A stretch of 59,059 bases of DNA from an uncultured Weeksellaceae bacterium (GCA_964397025.1 CAYNGO010000004.1:1-59059); one strand, 5' to 3'; positions 1-10,345 are shown, counted from the first letter of the stretch. Notes: generated by a model not told the origin, from the sequence alone. Numbers and translations are program-made.

Positions 1-2
1 CA

Positions 3-1232
3 TCAAAGACAGGATTCCGTATACCTGAAGAGAAAGGAAAAAGTATAGGTCTTCAAACATCATTTAGACTTCACGATTTTGATGCTGCTTTTGGTGCTAA
101 TGAATATAATGGATTGCAAAAGTCAGCATATTTAAATTTAATTAACCAAACATATGTTAGAGAAGAAAAAAATATTCTAAAATTTGGTCTAAGTCTTTAT
201 GCTGATGAAATTGAACAAGATATTACCCAATATAATTTAGCTAACGCTGATACAGGAATAGTTTCATTATGGTATAGTCAAGAAATATATTCCGAAAACA
301 GAACAGATATCATGCCAGGAGCATTTGCTGAATATTTCCATAAATGGGGTGAGTTATTTAGTATAACTTCAGGATTTAGGGCTGATTATTATAATAAAAC
401 AGATAAATTTTATGCGATTCCCAGAATAAATATAAAATATAATCCTAATGAATCAACTGCAATACGAATTTCTGGTGGCCGTGCTTTGAGAAATTCAAAT
501 TTTATCTCTGATAATATATCTCTATTAGCTTCAAATAGAGAGATTTCATTCGGTAAAAATCTTTTACCTGAAATTGCATGGAACTATGGAGTTAATTTAA
601 CTCATTGCTTTTATCTTAATGATAGAGAAGGAACTTTTAATATTGATTTTTATAGAACTGATTTTGAAAATCAGATAGTAGTTGATGTTGAAGATCAAGG
701 TATCCTTACTTTTACTAACTTGTTAGATATTCCTAATCATATTTCTTTTTCTAATGCATTTCAAATTGATGTTGCTTACGAACTCTTTAATCGTTTTGAT
801 ATGAAAGTAGCATACAAAATTAATAATTCTAAAACATCATATCTAGGCTCTTCAGATAATTTATCTTCTTTATTAGAAACGCCTTTACTTCCAAAAGATA
901 GAGCTTTAATTAATTTAGCCTATTCTAATAAGGATGCAGATTGGTTATTTGATGCTACATGGAATTATATTGGAAAGTCAAGAATACCAAGACATGAATC
1001 AATAGATGCTGAATATTCAGATCCATTTTCTTTAATAAATTGTCAATTAACAAAAAAGGTCAATAATTTTGATTTTTATATTGGCACCGAGAATTTACTT
1101 AGCTATACTCAAGAGGATCCAATATTAGATTCGTATAATCCTAATTCTGATAAATTTGATGCTTCTTTAATTTGGGCACCAGTAATGGGAAGAAAGATAT
1201 ATTTCGGTCTTAGATATAAATTAAATAATTAA
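3..1232 (+). CDS. TonB-dependent outer-membrane receptor, C-terminal beta-barrel portion (5' end lies outside the window)
   Basis: The frame is open from base 3 with no stop, so the TTG at 114 in the ORF track is not the real start. Barrel-type repeats are visible: [34 protein letters not shown] and the terminal [12 protein letters not shown] strand. Confidence 0.8.
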   Translation, partial: SKTGFRIPEEKGKSIGLQTSFRLHDFDAAFGANEYNGLQKSAYLNLINQTYVREEKNILKFGLSLYADEIEQDITQYNLANADTGIVSLWYSQEIYSENRTDIMPGAFAEYFHKWGELFSITSGFRADYYNKTDKFYAIPRINIKYNPNESTAIRISGGRALRNSNFISDNISLLASNREISFGKNLLPEIAWNYGVNLTHCFYLNDREGTFNIDFYRTDFENQIVVDVEDQGILTFTNLLDIPNHISFSNAFQIDVAYELFNRFDMKVAYKINNSKTSYLGSSDNLSSLLETPLLPKDRALINLAYSNKDADWLFDATWNYIGKSRIPRHESIDAEYSDPFSLINCQLTKKVNNFDFYIGTENLLSYTQEDPILDSYNPNSDKFDASLIWAPVMGRKIYFGLRYKLNN

Positions 1233-4200
1233 GATTTAAGAAGTTTTTCTAAAATCGAGATTGCTGAATCAGCAATTACAGTGCCTGGTCCAAATATATC
1301 ATAGACTCCTTTTTTAAATAGATAGTCGTAGTCTTTTTTTGGTATAACACCTCCTGCAATTACAAGGATATCGTTATTATGCTTGTTTAATAGTTTAATT
1401 ACTTTAGGAATAAGTGTTTTATGACCTGCAGCTAAAGATGATATGCCTAAAATATGTATGTCATTTTCAAGTGCTTGCTTAGCCACTTCTTCTGGAATCT
1501 GAAACAATGGAGCGATATCAACATCAAATCCTAAATCTGCAAATGAAGTTGCAACAACTTTAGCGCCTCTGTCATGTCCATCTTGACCCATTTTAGCTAT
1601 CATTATTCTCGGTCTTCTACCTTTTGTTTTTGCAAATTCATCTGATAGTTCTAAAGCTCTTTTAAAATTTTTATTATCTTGAATTTCCATTTTATATACT
1701 CCTGATATTATTTGATTGCTTGCTTGGTATCTGCCAAACACTTTTTCACATGCACTAGATATTTCTCCAAGTGTTGCTCTTTCTTTAGCAGCAGTAACTG
1801 CTAATTCTAGAAGATTTCCTTTATTATTTTTACAGCTTTTAGTTAAGTTCTCTAAAGCTAATTTAACATTTTTTTGATTTCTTTCTTTTTTAATTTTTTT
1901 CAGAATATTTATTTGTGACTCACGTACTAATTTATTATCAATTTCTAGTAATTCAATTTCTTTATCCTGATTATGTACCCTATTTGTATTGAGCCCAATA
2001 ATTAAATCTTTTTGACTATCTATTCTTGCTTGTTTTCTAGCAGCAGCTTGCTCAATTCTCATTTTTGGTATGCCTTTCTCTATAGCCTTTTCCATTCCTC
2101 CTAATTCTTCTATTTCAGTGATCTGTTTCCATGCTTTCTGACATATATCATGAGTTAATTTTTCAATATAGTATGAGCCTCCCCAAGGGTCAACAGTGTC
2201 ACAAATTCCAGTTTCATCCCTTAAATAAATTTGAGTATCTCTTGCAATTTTTGCTGAAAAGTCTGTTGGAAGTGCTATTGCTTCATCTAATGCATTTGTA
2301 TGTAAACTTTGTGTTCCACCCATAATTGCTGCCATAGCCTCTATGCATGTTCTTGTAATATTATTAAATGGATCCTGTTCTGTTAACGTCCATCCACTTG
2401 TTTGACAGTGTGTTCTTAAGGACATTGATTTATTGTTTTTAGGATTAAATTCTTTTACAATTTTTGCCCATAATATTCTTGCTGCTCTAAGTTTTGCTAT
2501 TTCCATGAAATAATTCATGCCAATACCCCAAAAGAATGATAGTCTTGGAGCAAATTCATCAATTTCTAAACCTGATTTTAATCCATTTCGAATATATTCA
2601 AGTCCGTTAGCAAGAGTAAATGCTAATTCCAAATCAGCAGTAGCTCCTGCTTCTTGAATATGATATCCTGAAATTGAAATGCTATTAAAGTTTTTCATTT
2701 CTTTTGAAGTAAATTTAAATATATCTCTAACTATCCTCATTGAATCTTTTGGTGGATATATATAAGTATTCCTTACCATGAATTCTTTTAAAATATCATT
2801 TTGTATTGTGCCTCTAAGATTATTTAAATCAATTCCTTGTTCTTGAGCAGTAACTATATAAAATGCTAAGATTGGTAAAACAGCACCATTCATTGTCATT
2901 GATACAGATGTTTTATCTAAAGGAATACCTTCAAAAAGTAATTTTACATCTTCAACTGTGTCAATTGCTACACCAGCCATTCCAACATCTCCTTCAACTC
3001 TTTTATGATCTGAATCATAACCTCGATGTGTTGCTAAGTCAAATGCTACAGATAATCCTTTTTGTCCAGCCCTGAGATTTTTTTTGTAAAATATATTTGA
3101 TTCTTTTGCTGTAGAAAATCCTGCATATTGACGAATAGTCCATGGTTTTGTAACAAACATTGTACTATAAGGTCCTCTTAAGAAGGGCGGTTTCCCTGCA
3201 ATAAATTCTAGATGCTTAATTTCTGAGATATCTTTTTTATCATAATATGATTTAATGTCAATTTGTTCAGCTGATGTGAATGTTGTAGTATCCTTGTTGT
3301 TATATAATAAGTCTGAACAGTTATATTCTTTGATTAATTCATTTGTTAGATACTCTATATAATATGAGCCATGAGAAGGATCTTGTACTTTATCCAAATA
3401 ACTTTCATTTATAAGTATTTTATGTTGATTTCTAGCAATCCTATCTGAGAAATTATTAGATTCTTCATAGCTTGAATTATATGCTTTAGACATTATAGCA
3501 TTCGCTCCCCCTATTATAGCAGACATGCATTCTGTTGTAGTGCTAATAATATTATTAAATCCTTTATCCTTTGTTTTGTTTAGTTGTGATGTGGAGGTAA
3601 AGATATAGGGATCTAAACCGGTTTTAGATTTCCAAAGGAACCTAAATGCTCTTATTTTCGCAATTTCAAGAAAGAAATTACATGATATTGTAAAATGAAA
3701 TTGAATATTTCCTGTAATCAAATTGCCTTGTTCATATGCATAAGCTATTTGTTCTTTAGCAGTATTTCCTTTAGCATAAATTGTTTTTTTAATATTATTT
3801 ATGTTAGTGTCCTCTAATCCATGAATTGCTCCAATGATTTTATTTTTTTTAGAATAATCTATAAGATCTTCAATGAATTGACTTCTATAATTAATAAAAT
3901 CTAATCTTATATACTCTGTCTTAATTCCTTTAAGCAGAATCTTAAGATTTTTTGGATTAGAGAAGCATAAGCCGCTAATTCCATTATTTAATGCATCTAG
4001 TGCTTTCTTGTTAGCTTGAAGAGTATCTGTTGCATCAATTAACTGATAGTTTTCATATATTTTTGGAAAATCTATATTTTTTGTTAAATGGTTGTTAGTG
4101 TAAAAAGGAGATATTTTAATTTTTTCTACTTCCTTAAATAAATTGCTGTAATTTTTATCTTGGAATTCAGATTTTATATTTTCTTGCCACTCTTTTGATG

Positions 4201-4234
4201 TAGAATTGGTAAATTTTTTAAAAAAATCAGTCAT
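1229..4234 (-). CDS. Methylmalonyl-CoA mutase, single-chain fusion of a MutA-like N-terminal domain, the MutB catalytic barrel and a B12-binding domain
   Basis: MutB hallmarks: [79 protein letters not shown]. The C-terminal cobalamin motif is GQDGHDRG...GISSLAAGH. Residues 1 to about 315 form a degenerate second barrel ([39 protein letters not shown]). Confidence 0.9.
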   Translation of the reverse strand: MTDFFKKFTNSTSKEWQENIKSEFQDKNYSNLFKEVEKIKISPFYTNNHLTKNIDFPKIYENYQLIDATDTLQANKKALDALNNGISGLCFSNPKNLKILLKGIKTEYIRLDFINYRSQFIEDLIDYSKKNKIIGAIHGLEDTNINNIKKTIYAKGNTAKEQIAYAYEQGNLITGNIQFHFTISCNFFLEIAKIRAFRFLWKSKTGLDPYIFTSTSQLNKTKDKGFNNIISTTTECMSAIIGGANAIMSKAYNSSYEESNNFSDRIARNQHKILINESYLDKVQDPSHGSYYIEYLTNELIKEYNCSDLLYNNKDTTTFTSAEQIDIKSYYDKKDISEIKHLEFIAGKPPFLRGPYSTMFVTKPWTIRQYAGFSTAKESNIFYKKNLRAGQKGLSVAFDLATHRGYDSDHKRVEGDVGMAGVAIDTVEDVKLLFEGIPLDKTSVSMTMNGAVLPILAFYIVTAQEQGIDLNNLRGTIQNDILKEFMVRNTYIYPPKDSMRIVRDIFKFTSKEMKNFNSISISGYHIQEAGATADLELAFTLANGLEYIRNGLKSGLEIDEFAPRLSFFWGIGMNYFMEIAKLRAARILWAKIVKEFNPKNNKSMSLRTHCQTSGWTLTEQDPFNNITRTCIEAMAAIMGGTQSLHTNALDEAIALPTDFSAKIARDTQIYLRDETGICDTVDPWGGSYYIEKLTHDICQKAWKQITEIEELGGMEKAIEKGIPKMRIEQAAARKQARIDSQKDLIIGLNTNRVHNQDKEIELLEIDNKLVRESQINILKKIKKERNQKNVKLALENLTKSCKNNKGNLLELAVTAAKERATLGEISSACEKVFGRYQASNQIISGVYKMEIQDNKNFKRALELSDEFAKTKGRRPRIMIAKMGQDGHDRGAKVVATSFADLGFDVDIAPLFQIPEEVAKQALENDIHILGISSLAAGHKTLIPKVIKLLNKHNNDILVIAGGVIPKKDYDYLFKKGVYDIFGPGTVIADSAISILEKLLKS

Positions 4235-4541
4235 TATTTCTTCTTATAATATATAAATCTTCATTTTCTTTTTTCATTAAAAATTTTTCTCTAGCAAACT
4301 TCTCTCTTTTTTCTTTGTCATGTAATAATTCTTGAAATTCTGTACTGTCTTTTTCAATTTCTGTAGTGTAAAAAAGTTTATTTTCTTCTAGATCTTCAAT
4401 ATTATTTTTGATTTTATTTTGTTTGATTAAATTATAATTATCAAAAAAAACAATCCAAATAATAAATAATAATATTGTAATGAAATATTTATTTTTTAAA
4501 TATTTTGGTATTTTTTCTATAATTTTTTGATAGTTAATCAT
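4227..4541 (-). CDS. FtsB/DivIC-like septum formation initiator
   Basis: 104 aa with one N-terminal TM helix, a coiled-coil region and a C-terminal ...[18 protein letters not shown] motif typical of Bacteroidota FtsB-family proteins. It overlaps the mutase start by 8 nt. Confidence 0.7.
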   Translation of the reverse strand: MINYQKIIEKIPKYLKNKYFITILLFIIWIVFFDNYNLIKQNKIKNNIEDLEENKLFYTTEIEKDSTEFQELLHDKEKREKFAREKFLMKKENEDLYIIRRNND

Positions 4542-4546
4542 ATCTA

Positions 4547-4554
4547 CAAATATA
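4547..4554 (-). promoter_or_regulatory. Bacteroidota -7 type promoter motif (TATATTTG on the minus strand), 5 nt upstream of the ftsB-like ATG
   Basis: The plus strand reads CAAATATA at 4547-4554, and the start codon complement CAT is at 4539-4541. Confidence 0.35.
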
Positions 4555-4594
4555 GATAAGTTAATTATTTGTTGAAGTTATTACTAAATGGTAT

Positions 4595-5299
4595 TTATGA
4601 TAAAAGAAAAATAGATGGTTGTTTGTTAATGTCTAGCTTAATTGTTTTCCATTCAGCTATTGTCTTAGTTAGAATTGATTCTTTACCTGTAGTTATATTT
4701 GAAGCTATACATAGTTTTGATTGTGAACGACAAGTCTTTAAAATAACCTCAACTAACTGATTGTTTCTATATGGTGTTTCCATAAAGATTTGTGTTTGTT
4801 TGTGAGTATGAGCTAGTTTTTCGAGTTGTTTAATTTTATTAGCTCTCTCTCTTGATTCAATCGGTAGATAACCATTAAAAGCAAAGTTTTGCCCATTCAT
4901 TCCTGATGCCATTAATGCTAATAGAATTGATGATGGGCCAACTAATGGTTTAACTGTAATGTTAAAATGATGTGCATATTCAACAATTTTTGATCCGGGA
5001 TCTGCAACTGATGGAACTCCTGCCTCAGAAATTAATCCTACATCTTCTCCCGCTAATATGTGTAGTAAAAGATCTTGTTCATAGTCGATTGAGTCGTGTT
5101 TACCATATGCATAAAATATGGTCTCTTCAATATTTTTTTCAGGATATATTTTTTTTATAAATCTTCTAGCTGATCTAATATTCTCAACAATATAGATGTC
5201 AGTATTTTTAATAGTATTTAATATAATGGATGGTAGAGTCTCTTGTGCAGTATTTTCACCAATAACAGTTGGTATTAAAATTAGTTTACCTTTTGTCAT
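4595..5299 (-). CDS. SAM-dependent methyltransferase, tetrapyrrole-methylase fold (RsmI-like)
   Basis: 234 aa with LILIPTVIG..., ISEAGVPSVADPG and FMETPYRN motifs. The position downstream of dnaA and the LMW-PTP is a conserved flavobacterial neighbourhood (recalled, not checked). Confidence 0.7.
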   Translation of the reverse strand: MTKGKLILIPTVIGENTAQETLPSIILNTIKNTDIYIVENIRSARRFIKKIYPEKNIEETIFYAYGKHDSIDYEQDLLLHILAGEDVGLISEAGVPSVADPGSKIVEYAHHFNITVKPLVGPSSILLALMASGMNGQNFAFNGYLPIESRERANKIKQLEKLAHTHKQTQIFMETPYRNNQLVEVILKTCRSQSKLCIASNITTGKESILTKTIAEWKTIKLDINKQPSIFLLS

Positions 5300-5735
5300 A
5301 TTTTTTTGCTATTAAATCACAAGCTTTATCAATTAGGCGAAAAATATTTTCAAAACCTTGCTCTCCTCCATAGTAAGGATCTGGAACAGATTTAAACTGT
5401 TTTGGCAAGGTTTCGTTTAAAATTAAATCAACTTTATTTCGTTCTTCTTGGTTTTGTGCTAGGCTAATTATTTTAGAATAATTATCATTATCCATCACAT
5501 ATATCTTGTCAAAATCATTAAAGTCATTAGTATTAAATTGTCTTGCTTTTTGATTGCTTAGATCAATATTGTATTTTTTAGCAATTTCAATTGATCTTTT
5601 ATCTGGAGTATTTCCAACATGAAAACTAGCTGTTCCTGCAGAGTCAACAATGATATTAGTAGATTTTGCTTTAAGAATGCCTTCAGCTAACGGAGATCTG
5701 CATATGTTTCCTAAGCACACCATTAAAACTTTCAT
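5286..5735 (-). CDS. Low-molecular-weight protein-tyrosine phosphatase
   Basis: N-terminal CX5R P-loop MVCLGNICRSPLAEG and C-terminal DPYYG with the catalytic Asp. Confidence 0.9.
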   Translation of the reverse strand: MKVLMVCLGNICRSPLAEGILKAKSTNIIVDSAGTASFHVGNTPDKRSIEIAKKYNIDLSNQKARQFNTNDFNDFDKIYVMDNDNYSKIISLAQNQEERNKVDLILNETLPKQFKSVPDPYYGGEQGFENIFRLIDKACDLIAKKYDKR

Positions 5736-5736
5736 T

Positions 5737-7167
5737 TTATGAAAGTGTCAATCTTTTTTCAATGTCAGAAATGTATCCCTTAAATCTTTTATCAGTATCT
5801 GCTAGATTATTAACAGTTTTGCAAGCGTGAAGTACAGTTGCATGATCTTTATTGCCACAGTGCTTTCCAATCATTGCTAAAGAGCTTTTAGTCATTTGTT
5901 TTGCAAAAAACATTGAAAGTTGTCTGCATTGAACTATTTCTCTTTTTCTGGTTTTTGATTTCATCACATCAATTGGAATATCAAAGTAGTCACAAACAAC
6001 TTTTTGGATGTAATCAATTGATACTTCTCTAACAGTGTTTTTAACAAATTTATCTAACATGTCTTTTGCTAAATCAATTGTTATTTCTTTTCTGTTTAGT
6101 GAGGATTGAGCAAGAAGCGAGATTAAAGCCCCTTCAAGCTCTCTAACATTAGATGTAATTGAATAAGCTATATACTCTACAACAGCATATGGAATCTCTA
6201 TTCCATCTTGTTTAATTTTCTTCTTTAAAATCGCTAATCTTGTTTCAAGGTCTGGAGATTGTAAATCTGCAGATAAGCCCCATTTAAATCTAGAAAGTAG
6301 TCTTTGTTCCATTCCGATAATATCAACAGGAGCCTTGTCAGATGTAAGTATTACTTGTTTTTTATTTTGATGTAAATGATTAAAAATATGGAAGAATACA
6401 TCTTGAGTTTTTTCTTTTCCAGAAAGAAATTGAACATCATCTATTATTAATACATCAATTGACTGATAGAAATGAACAAAATCATTCTTTTTATTATCCA
6501 TTATTGCATCAACAAATTGTGTTTGAAACTTGTCAGCAGAAACATATAAAACAGTTTTTTCAGGAAGTTGATTTTTTACTTCAATTCCAATTGCATTAGC
6601 TAGATGAGTTTTTCCTAATCCACCTGCACCATAAATAAATAGTGGGTTAAATGATGTTCCTCCAGGATTTTGAGAAACAGCAAATCCTGCGGATCTAGCA
6701 AGTCTATTGCATTCCCCTTCAATATATGCATCAAATGTATATGATTGATTTAGTTGAGGGTTAATATTAATTTTTTGAAGTCCAGGAATTATAAAAGGGT
6801 TTCTAATAACTGTTTTATTAATATTAATGGGCATATTAACAGGAGTATTATCAATTTTCTGTTGATTAATACTTGGAATTTTAGATACATATGGTTTTGA
6901 GCCTGAGGAGTTTTCTAGAACAATATGATACTCAAGTTTTGCATCTTTACCTAATTCTCTTTTAATTGTTTTCTTAAGTAGAGTGATATAATTATTTTCT
7001 AGCCATTCATAAAAGAATTGGCTTGGTACTTGAATTGTTAATATATGATCTTCAAGACTAATAGGTTTAATTGGCTTAAACCAAGTTTTAAAGTTTTGAT
7101 GTGTAACATTATCCTTTATTATTAAAAGGCAGTTATCCCAAATTTCCTGGTAACTCTTTTGTGTCAT
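5737..7167 (-). CDS. dnaA: Chromosomal replication initiator protein DnaA
   Basis: AAA+ Walker A GAGGLGKTHL, Walker B LIIDDVQFL, sensor motifs and a C-terminal DNA-binding domain (QLSMFFAKQMTKSSLAMIGKHCGNKDHATVLHACK). Confidence 0.97.
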   Translation of the reverse strand: MTQKSYQEIWDNCLLIIKDNVTHQNFKTWFKPIKPISLEDHILTIQVPSQFFYEWLENNYITLLKKTIKRELGKDAKLEYHIVLENSSGSKPYVSKIPSINQQKIDNTPVNMPININKTVIRNPFIIPGLQKININPQLNQSYTFDAYIEGECNRLARSAGFAVSQNPGGTSFNPLFIYGAGGLGKTHLANAIGIEVKNQLPEKTVLYVSADKFQTQFVDAIMDNKKNDFVHFYQSIDVLIIDDVQFLSGKEKTQDVFFHIFNHLHQNKKQVILTSDKAPVDIIGMEQRLLSRFKWGLSADLQSPDLETRLAILKKKIKQDGIEIPYAVVEYIAYSITSNVRELEGALISLLAQSSLNRKEITIDLAKDMLDKFVKNTVREVSIDYIQKVVCDYFDIPIDVMKSKTRKREIVQCRQLSMFFAKQMTKSSLAMIGKHCGNKDHATVLHACKTVNNLADTDKRFKGYISDIEKRLTLS

Positions 7168-7382
7168 ATTTTTGCTACTGCTATTAAGATGTTAAAAAAT
7201 TTACTTTTAAAATATTAATTACTTTTTTTAATCTCTGTAATTATATTAATAGCAAATATGAAAAACTATTAGTTAATAAAAAAGAAAATTAGCCCTTGAC
7301 TTTAAAGTTTTTTTTACAGTATTAAATTATCTGATATAGATGAGTGTTTTAATTATTAAAAAACCTATATAATTTTAATAAT

Positions 7383-8315
7383 CTATACAGTATTTATGTT
7401 TTTTTCTATACATATTGAGCTTTTCTTAACATTTATTTCTCTTTTATTTTGTTGAAAAATAAAATCAATCTTGCCAATATTTATCCCACCCCATCCAACT
7501 TGATTTATTATTACATTTTCACCTCTCAAATTCGTTAATATTTTTGGTTTTTTTAAAAAAGAATGAGTGTGTCCTCCAATTATTAAATCTATGTCTCTTG
7601 TCTTTTGAGCAAGAATAGTATCAGAAATTTTATCGCTCCCGTAAATGAAGCCAAGATGAGACAAGCAAATTACTAAGTCACATCCAAGTTCATTTTTTAA
7701 TTTATAAGAATAGTAATTGCTACATTCAATTGGATCATTATACTTTGTTTCTTTATAAAGTTCTTTCGGTACTAATCCATCTAATTCTATTCCAATTCCA
7801 AATACACCAATTTTAATATTTTCTTTTTTGAAAATTTTATAAGGCTTAAATGTATTTTTAAGTATAGTTTCTTTAAAATCATAGTTGGCAATTAAAAATG
7901 GAAATTTAGCATGCTTTAATTGTCTTTTTAAACCAAGTAGCCCATTGTCAAAATCATGGTTTCCAAGAGTAGCTGCATCATAGTTCATTTCGCTCATAAG
8001 CTTAAATTCTAGTTCTCCGCCGTAATAATTAAAGTATGGAGTTCCTTGAAAGATATCGCCTGCATCAAGTAATAGTACATTTTTATTTTCTTTTCTTAAA
8101 TTTTTAATGATAGTTGAGCGCTGAGCCATGCCTCCTAACCCTTTATTTCTTCCAGAGTTAAATGGTTCAATACGACTGTGCATATCATTTGTATGAAGAA
8201 TAGTTATTTTAGAAATGAGATCTTGATCTGCAAAAATAGGATTACTGACAAGAGTAATTCCTGCTGTTCCTAAACTAATATTTTTTATAAATCTTCTTCT
8301 ACTTGTCATTTTCAA
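7383..8315 (-). CDS. Metallophosphoesterase (N-terminal catalytic half of a 5'-nucleotidase) with a Tat signal
   Basis: Twin-arginine leader TSRRRFIKNISLGTAGI. Calcineurin-like motifs are HTNDMHS, DAGD, GNHDFD, SHLG and GGHTH. Confidence 0.85.
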   Translation of the reverse strand: MKMTSRRRFIKNISLGTAGITLVSNPIFADQDLISKITILHTNDMHSRIEPFNSGRNKGLGGMAQRSTIIKNLRKENKNVLLLDAGDIFQGTPYFNYYGGELEFKLMSEMNYDAATLGNHDFDNGLLGLKRQLKHAKFPFLIANYDFKETILKNTFKPYKIFKKENIKIGVFGIGIELDGLVPKELYKETKYNDPIECSNYYSYKLKNELGCDLVICLSHLGFIYGSDKISDTILAQKTRDIDLIIGGHTHSFLKKPKILTNLRGENVIINQVGWGGINIGKIDFIFQQNKREINVKKSSICIEKNINTV

Positions 8316-9000
8316 TTATTATAATTCTATTATCTAACTCAATGTGTATTGTGTCACTTTCTTTACAGAACTGTATTATTGCATCTCGTAATTTTATCCC
8401 TACTTTTTTTTGTTCTTTATTAATGAAAAAACTCATTTTATCTCCACCATTAGCTAAATAGTCTGTAGTTAAAACTCTAATAATACTATCGTTATTAAAA
8501 GAAGATAATATTGTATCTTTTTTTTCTATAATACTTAACCCTCCAATTGGTTCTCCGCCTCTTTTTGTTATATATTTTAGTAAATCGTAAAATTCATTTT
8601 TATTTAAATCTAAGATAACGAGTTCATTTTCAAATGGCATTACTTTATAGATATCTCTTATTGTAATATCTCCTTTAGAAATTACATCTCTAAGGCCTCC
8701 ATTATTAAACACACATACATCAGCTGTTCCATTAGCAATCAACATACTTAAGTCACACACAAAATTACCTAATTTACCTTCTGGTTTTCCTTTTTTCAAA
8801 TCAGATTTTGTGTAGCAAATAACTTCATTCATTTCAATATCAAGTTGGCTTTTATAAGGACTGATAATTTTTATAATATTACTGTCAACTTCATTTGAAA
8901 CTTCTATAATTTGAAAATCAGTTGATTTAATACTATAGTTCTGTGAGCAGGATTGCAGTATTAAAACTAATAAAATATTTATAAAGATTAGATTTCTCAT
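8299..9000 (-). CDS. 5'-nucleotidase C-terminal (substrate-binding) domain lipoprotein
   Basis: Lipoprotein-type leader ...LVLILQSC, then NGGLRD, YKVMPFENELV and TTDYLANGGD motifs of the 5'-nucleotidase C domain. It overlaps the downstream metallophosphoesterase gene by 17 nt. Confidence 0.8.
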   Translation of the reverse strand: MRNLIFINILLVLILQSCSQNYSIKSTDFQIIEVSNEVDSNIIKIISPYKSQLDIEMNEVICYTKSDLKKGKPEGKLGNFVCDLSMLIANGTADVCVFNNGGLRDVISKGDITIRDIYKVMPFENELVILDLNKNEFYDLLKYITKRGGEPIGGLSIIEKKDTILSSFNNDSIIRVLTTDYLANGGDKMSFFINKEQKKVGIKLRDAIIQFCKESDTIHIELDNRIIIIENDK

Positions 9001-9057
9001 GTATTGGCAATGTTAGTAAATATTTCTAATTTATATTTAAGATATAAAAATTTTTAA

Positions 9058-9065
9058 TAAAATTG
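9058..9065 (+). promoter_or_regulatory. Imperfect -7 type motif (TAAAATTG), 4 nt upstream of the GTG start of the thioesterase
   Basis: TAAAATTG-TTGA-GTG. An in-frame TGA at 9067-9069 makes GTG 9070 the only possible start ahead of the conserved YGETDQMG motif. Confidence 0.25.
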
Positions 9066-9069
9066 TTGA

Positions 9070-9474
9070 GTGTATACGCATGAAACATCTTTAAGAGTAA
9101 GGTATGGCGAAACTGATCAAATGGGTTTTGTTTATTATGGTATATATGCTCAGTACTATGAAGTTGGTAGAGTAGAGTTATTAAGATCTTTAGGCTTAAG
9201 TTATAAGACCTTAGAAGAGTCTGGCTATGCGCTTCCTGTTGTCAGTTTTAGTATTGAATATAAACAACCCGCTTTTTATGATGATAAAATAACTGTCAAG
9301 ACAACTATTTTAGAGATGCCATCTTCAAAAATCACATTTTTGTATGAATGTTTTAATGATCAAAATATATTATTAAATAAAGGAGAGGTAGTTTTAGTTT
9401 TTGTTAAAAGAGATGCTAAAAAGCCTTGTAGAGCTCCAGCTATTTTTATTGATAAGGTTAGTAGATTCTTATAA
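9070..9474 (+). CDS. Acyl-CoA thioesterase, 4HBT/YbgC hot-dog family
   Basis: LRVRYGETDQMGFVYYGIYAQYYEVGRVELLR is the typical YbgC/4HBT N-terminal motif. The start codon is GTG. Confidence 0.85.
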   Translation: MYTHETSLRVRYGETDQMGFVYYGIYAQYYEVGRVELLRSLGLSYKTLEESGYALPVVSFSIEYKQPAFYDDKITVKTTILEMPSSKITFLYECFNDQNILLNKGEVVLVFVKRDAKKPCRAPAIFIDKVSRFL

Positions 9475-10329
9475 TTTATTTAATACTTCTTGGATCAACT
9501 GGTCAATCAATTTTTTAGGTTCTTTGCTGTATTCTTGTTTTAATCTATTAGCTAAAATTGCACAAATTGTTATTGTGTTGTGGCCTAGAGATCTACCAAG
9601 AAAATAAAGTGCCGATGTTTCCATTTCAATATTTGTAATTGCTAGTTTTTTGTAATTTATTTTTTCAATCAATTCTTGAAGGTTTTCTATAGATGATTCT
9701 AGTCTTAGTTCTCTTGCTTGTGGTCCATAAAAACCTGTTGCTGTTAAAGTAATGCCATTCTGAAAGTCTTTAAATTTTTTCAGTAAATCATCTGATGCTT
9801 TTACTGCATAGGGTCTAGCATGATCTGAATTCCAATTAGTGTGTTTTATAAAAACATCTTCTAATTCTATGTCTCTTATATTTTTTTTCTTGTAATAATG
9901 AGCTAATCCATCAAAGCCTAATCCATAACTAGAAACAATAAATGAATTAACCGGAATTTGGTTATTTATACTTCCAGAAGTTCCTAATCGAATAATATTT
10001 AAAGATTTTTTAGTTAAATTAATTTTTCTTGTTTTAAAATCTATATTTACTAATGCGTCTAATTCATTAATAACTATATCAATATTATCAGTACCAATTC
10101 CAGAGGAGATTACTGAAATTCGTTTGTCATTATAAAATCCAGTATGCGTAATGAATTCTCTATGCTGTATTTTACATTCTATACTTTGAAATTTTTCTGA
10201 TATTTCAGATACTCTTCCAGGATCTCCAACTAAGATAATATTATCAGCTAGTTCGCTCTTTTTTAGATTAAGATGGTAAATTCTTTCATCCTTTGTAATT
10301 ATTAATTCTGTATCTCTTAATTTATTCAT
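9469..10329 (-). CDS. Nucleoside phosphorylase (PNP/UDP family, uridine-phosphorylase-like)
   Basis: VGDPGRV, SSGIGTDNIDIVINEL, RLGTSGS and IEMETSALY motifs. Confidence 0.75.
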   Translation of the reverse strand: MNKLRDTELIITKDERIYHLNLKKSELADNIILVGDPGRVSEISEKFQSIECKIQHREFITHTGFYNDKRISVISSGIGTDNIDIVINELDALVNIDFKTRKINLTKKSLNIIRLGTSGSINNQIPVNSFIVSSYGLGFDGLAHYYKKKNIRDIELEDVFIKHTNWNSDHARPYAVKASDDLLKKFKDFQNGITLTATGFYGPQARELRLESSIENLQELIEKINYKKLAITNIEMETSALYFLGRSLGHNTITICAILANRLKQEYSKEPKKLIDQLIQEVLNKL

Positions 10330-10337
10330 TTAATATG

Positions 10338-10345
10338 TATTTTTG
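10338..10345 (+). promoter_or_regulatory. -7 type promoter motif TATTTTTG for the usp gene
   Basis: It lies 22 nt upstream of ATG 10368. It sits inside the longer ORF-track call that starts at 10335, which argues for the 10368 start. Confidence 0.4.

Noticed and set aside
2131-2325. Short ORFs nested antisense or out of frame inside large conserved genes. Examples: 2131-2325, 2863-3075, 4569-4760, 4972-5160, 9401-9607, 11305-11583, 13175-13378, 14961-15155, 17165-17374, 19891-20199, 20636-20881, 22240-22425, 22552-22776, 25612-25812, 28676-28936, 32518-32709, 33313-33648, 34041-34298, 35107-35298, 37301-37507, 40092-40379, 42108-42437, 42591-42890, 43236-43418, 44226-44531, 45442-45630, 48512-48763, 50343-50537, 51277-51528, 51652-51888, 54620-54802, 55318-55536 and 56255-56545.
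   Set aside because: All are embedded in genes with strong family motifs. They have biased Leu/Ile/Phe/Ser composition, lack recognisable motifs and have no promoter motif of their own. I treat them as shadow ORFs.
3130-3190. A Tyr-to-Phe change in GPYSTMF (usually ...TMY) of the mutase, as a possible isobutyryl-CoA-mutase-like specificity switch
   Set aside because: On re-aligning from memory, the specificity Tyr (Tyr89 of the P. shermanii enzyme) is the Y of TIRQYAGF, which is conserved here. So is the Arg of FMVRNTY. The TMF substitution is therefore not the known switch.
7168-7382. The dnaA upstream intergenic region as oriC
   Set aside because: I read the 215-bp spacer on both strands and found no TTATCCACA/TGTGGATAA-like DnaA boxes (no TCCAC or GTGGA at all). 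AT-richness alone is uninformative in this genome. oriC may lie elsewhere. A proper DnaA-box and GC-skew scan of the whole replicon is needed.
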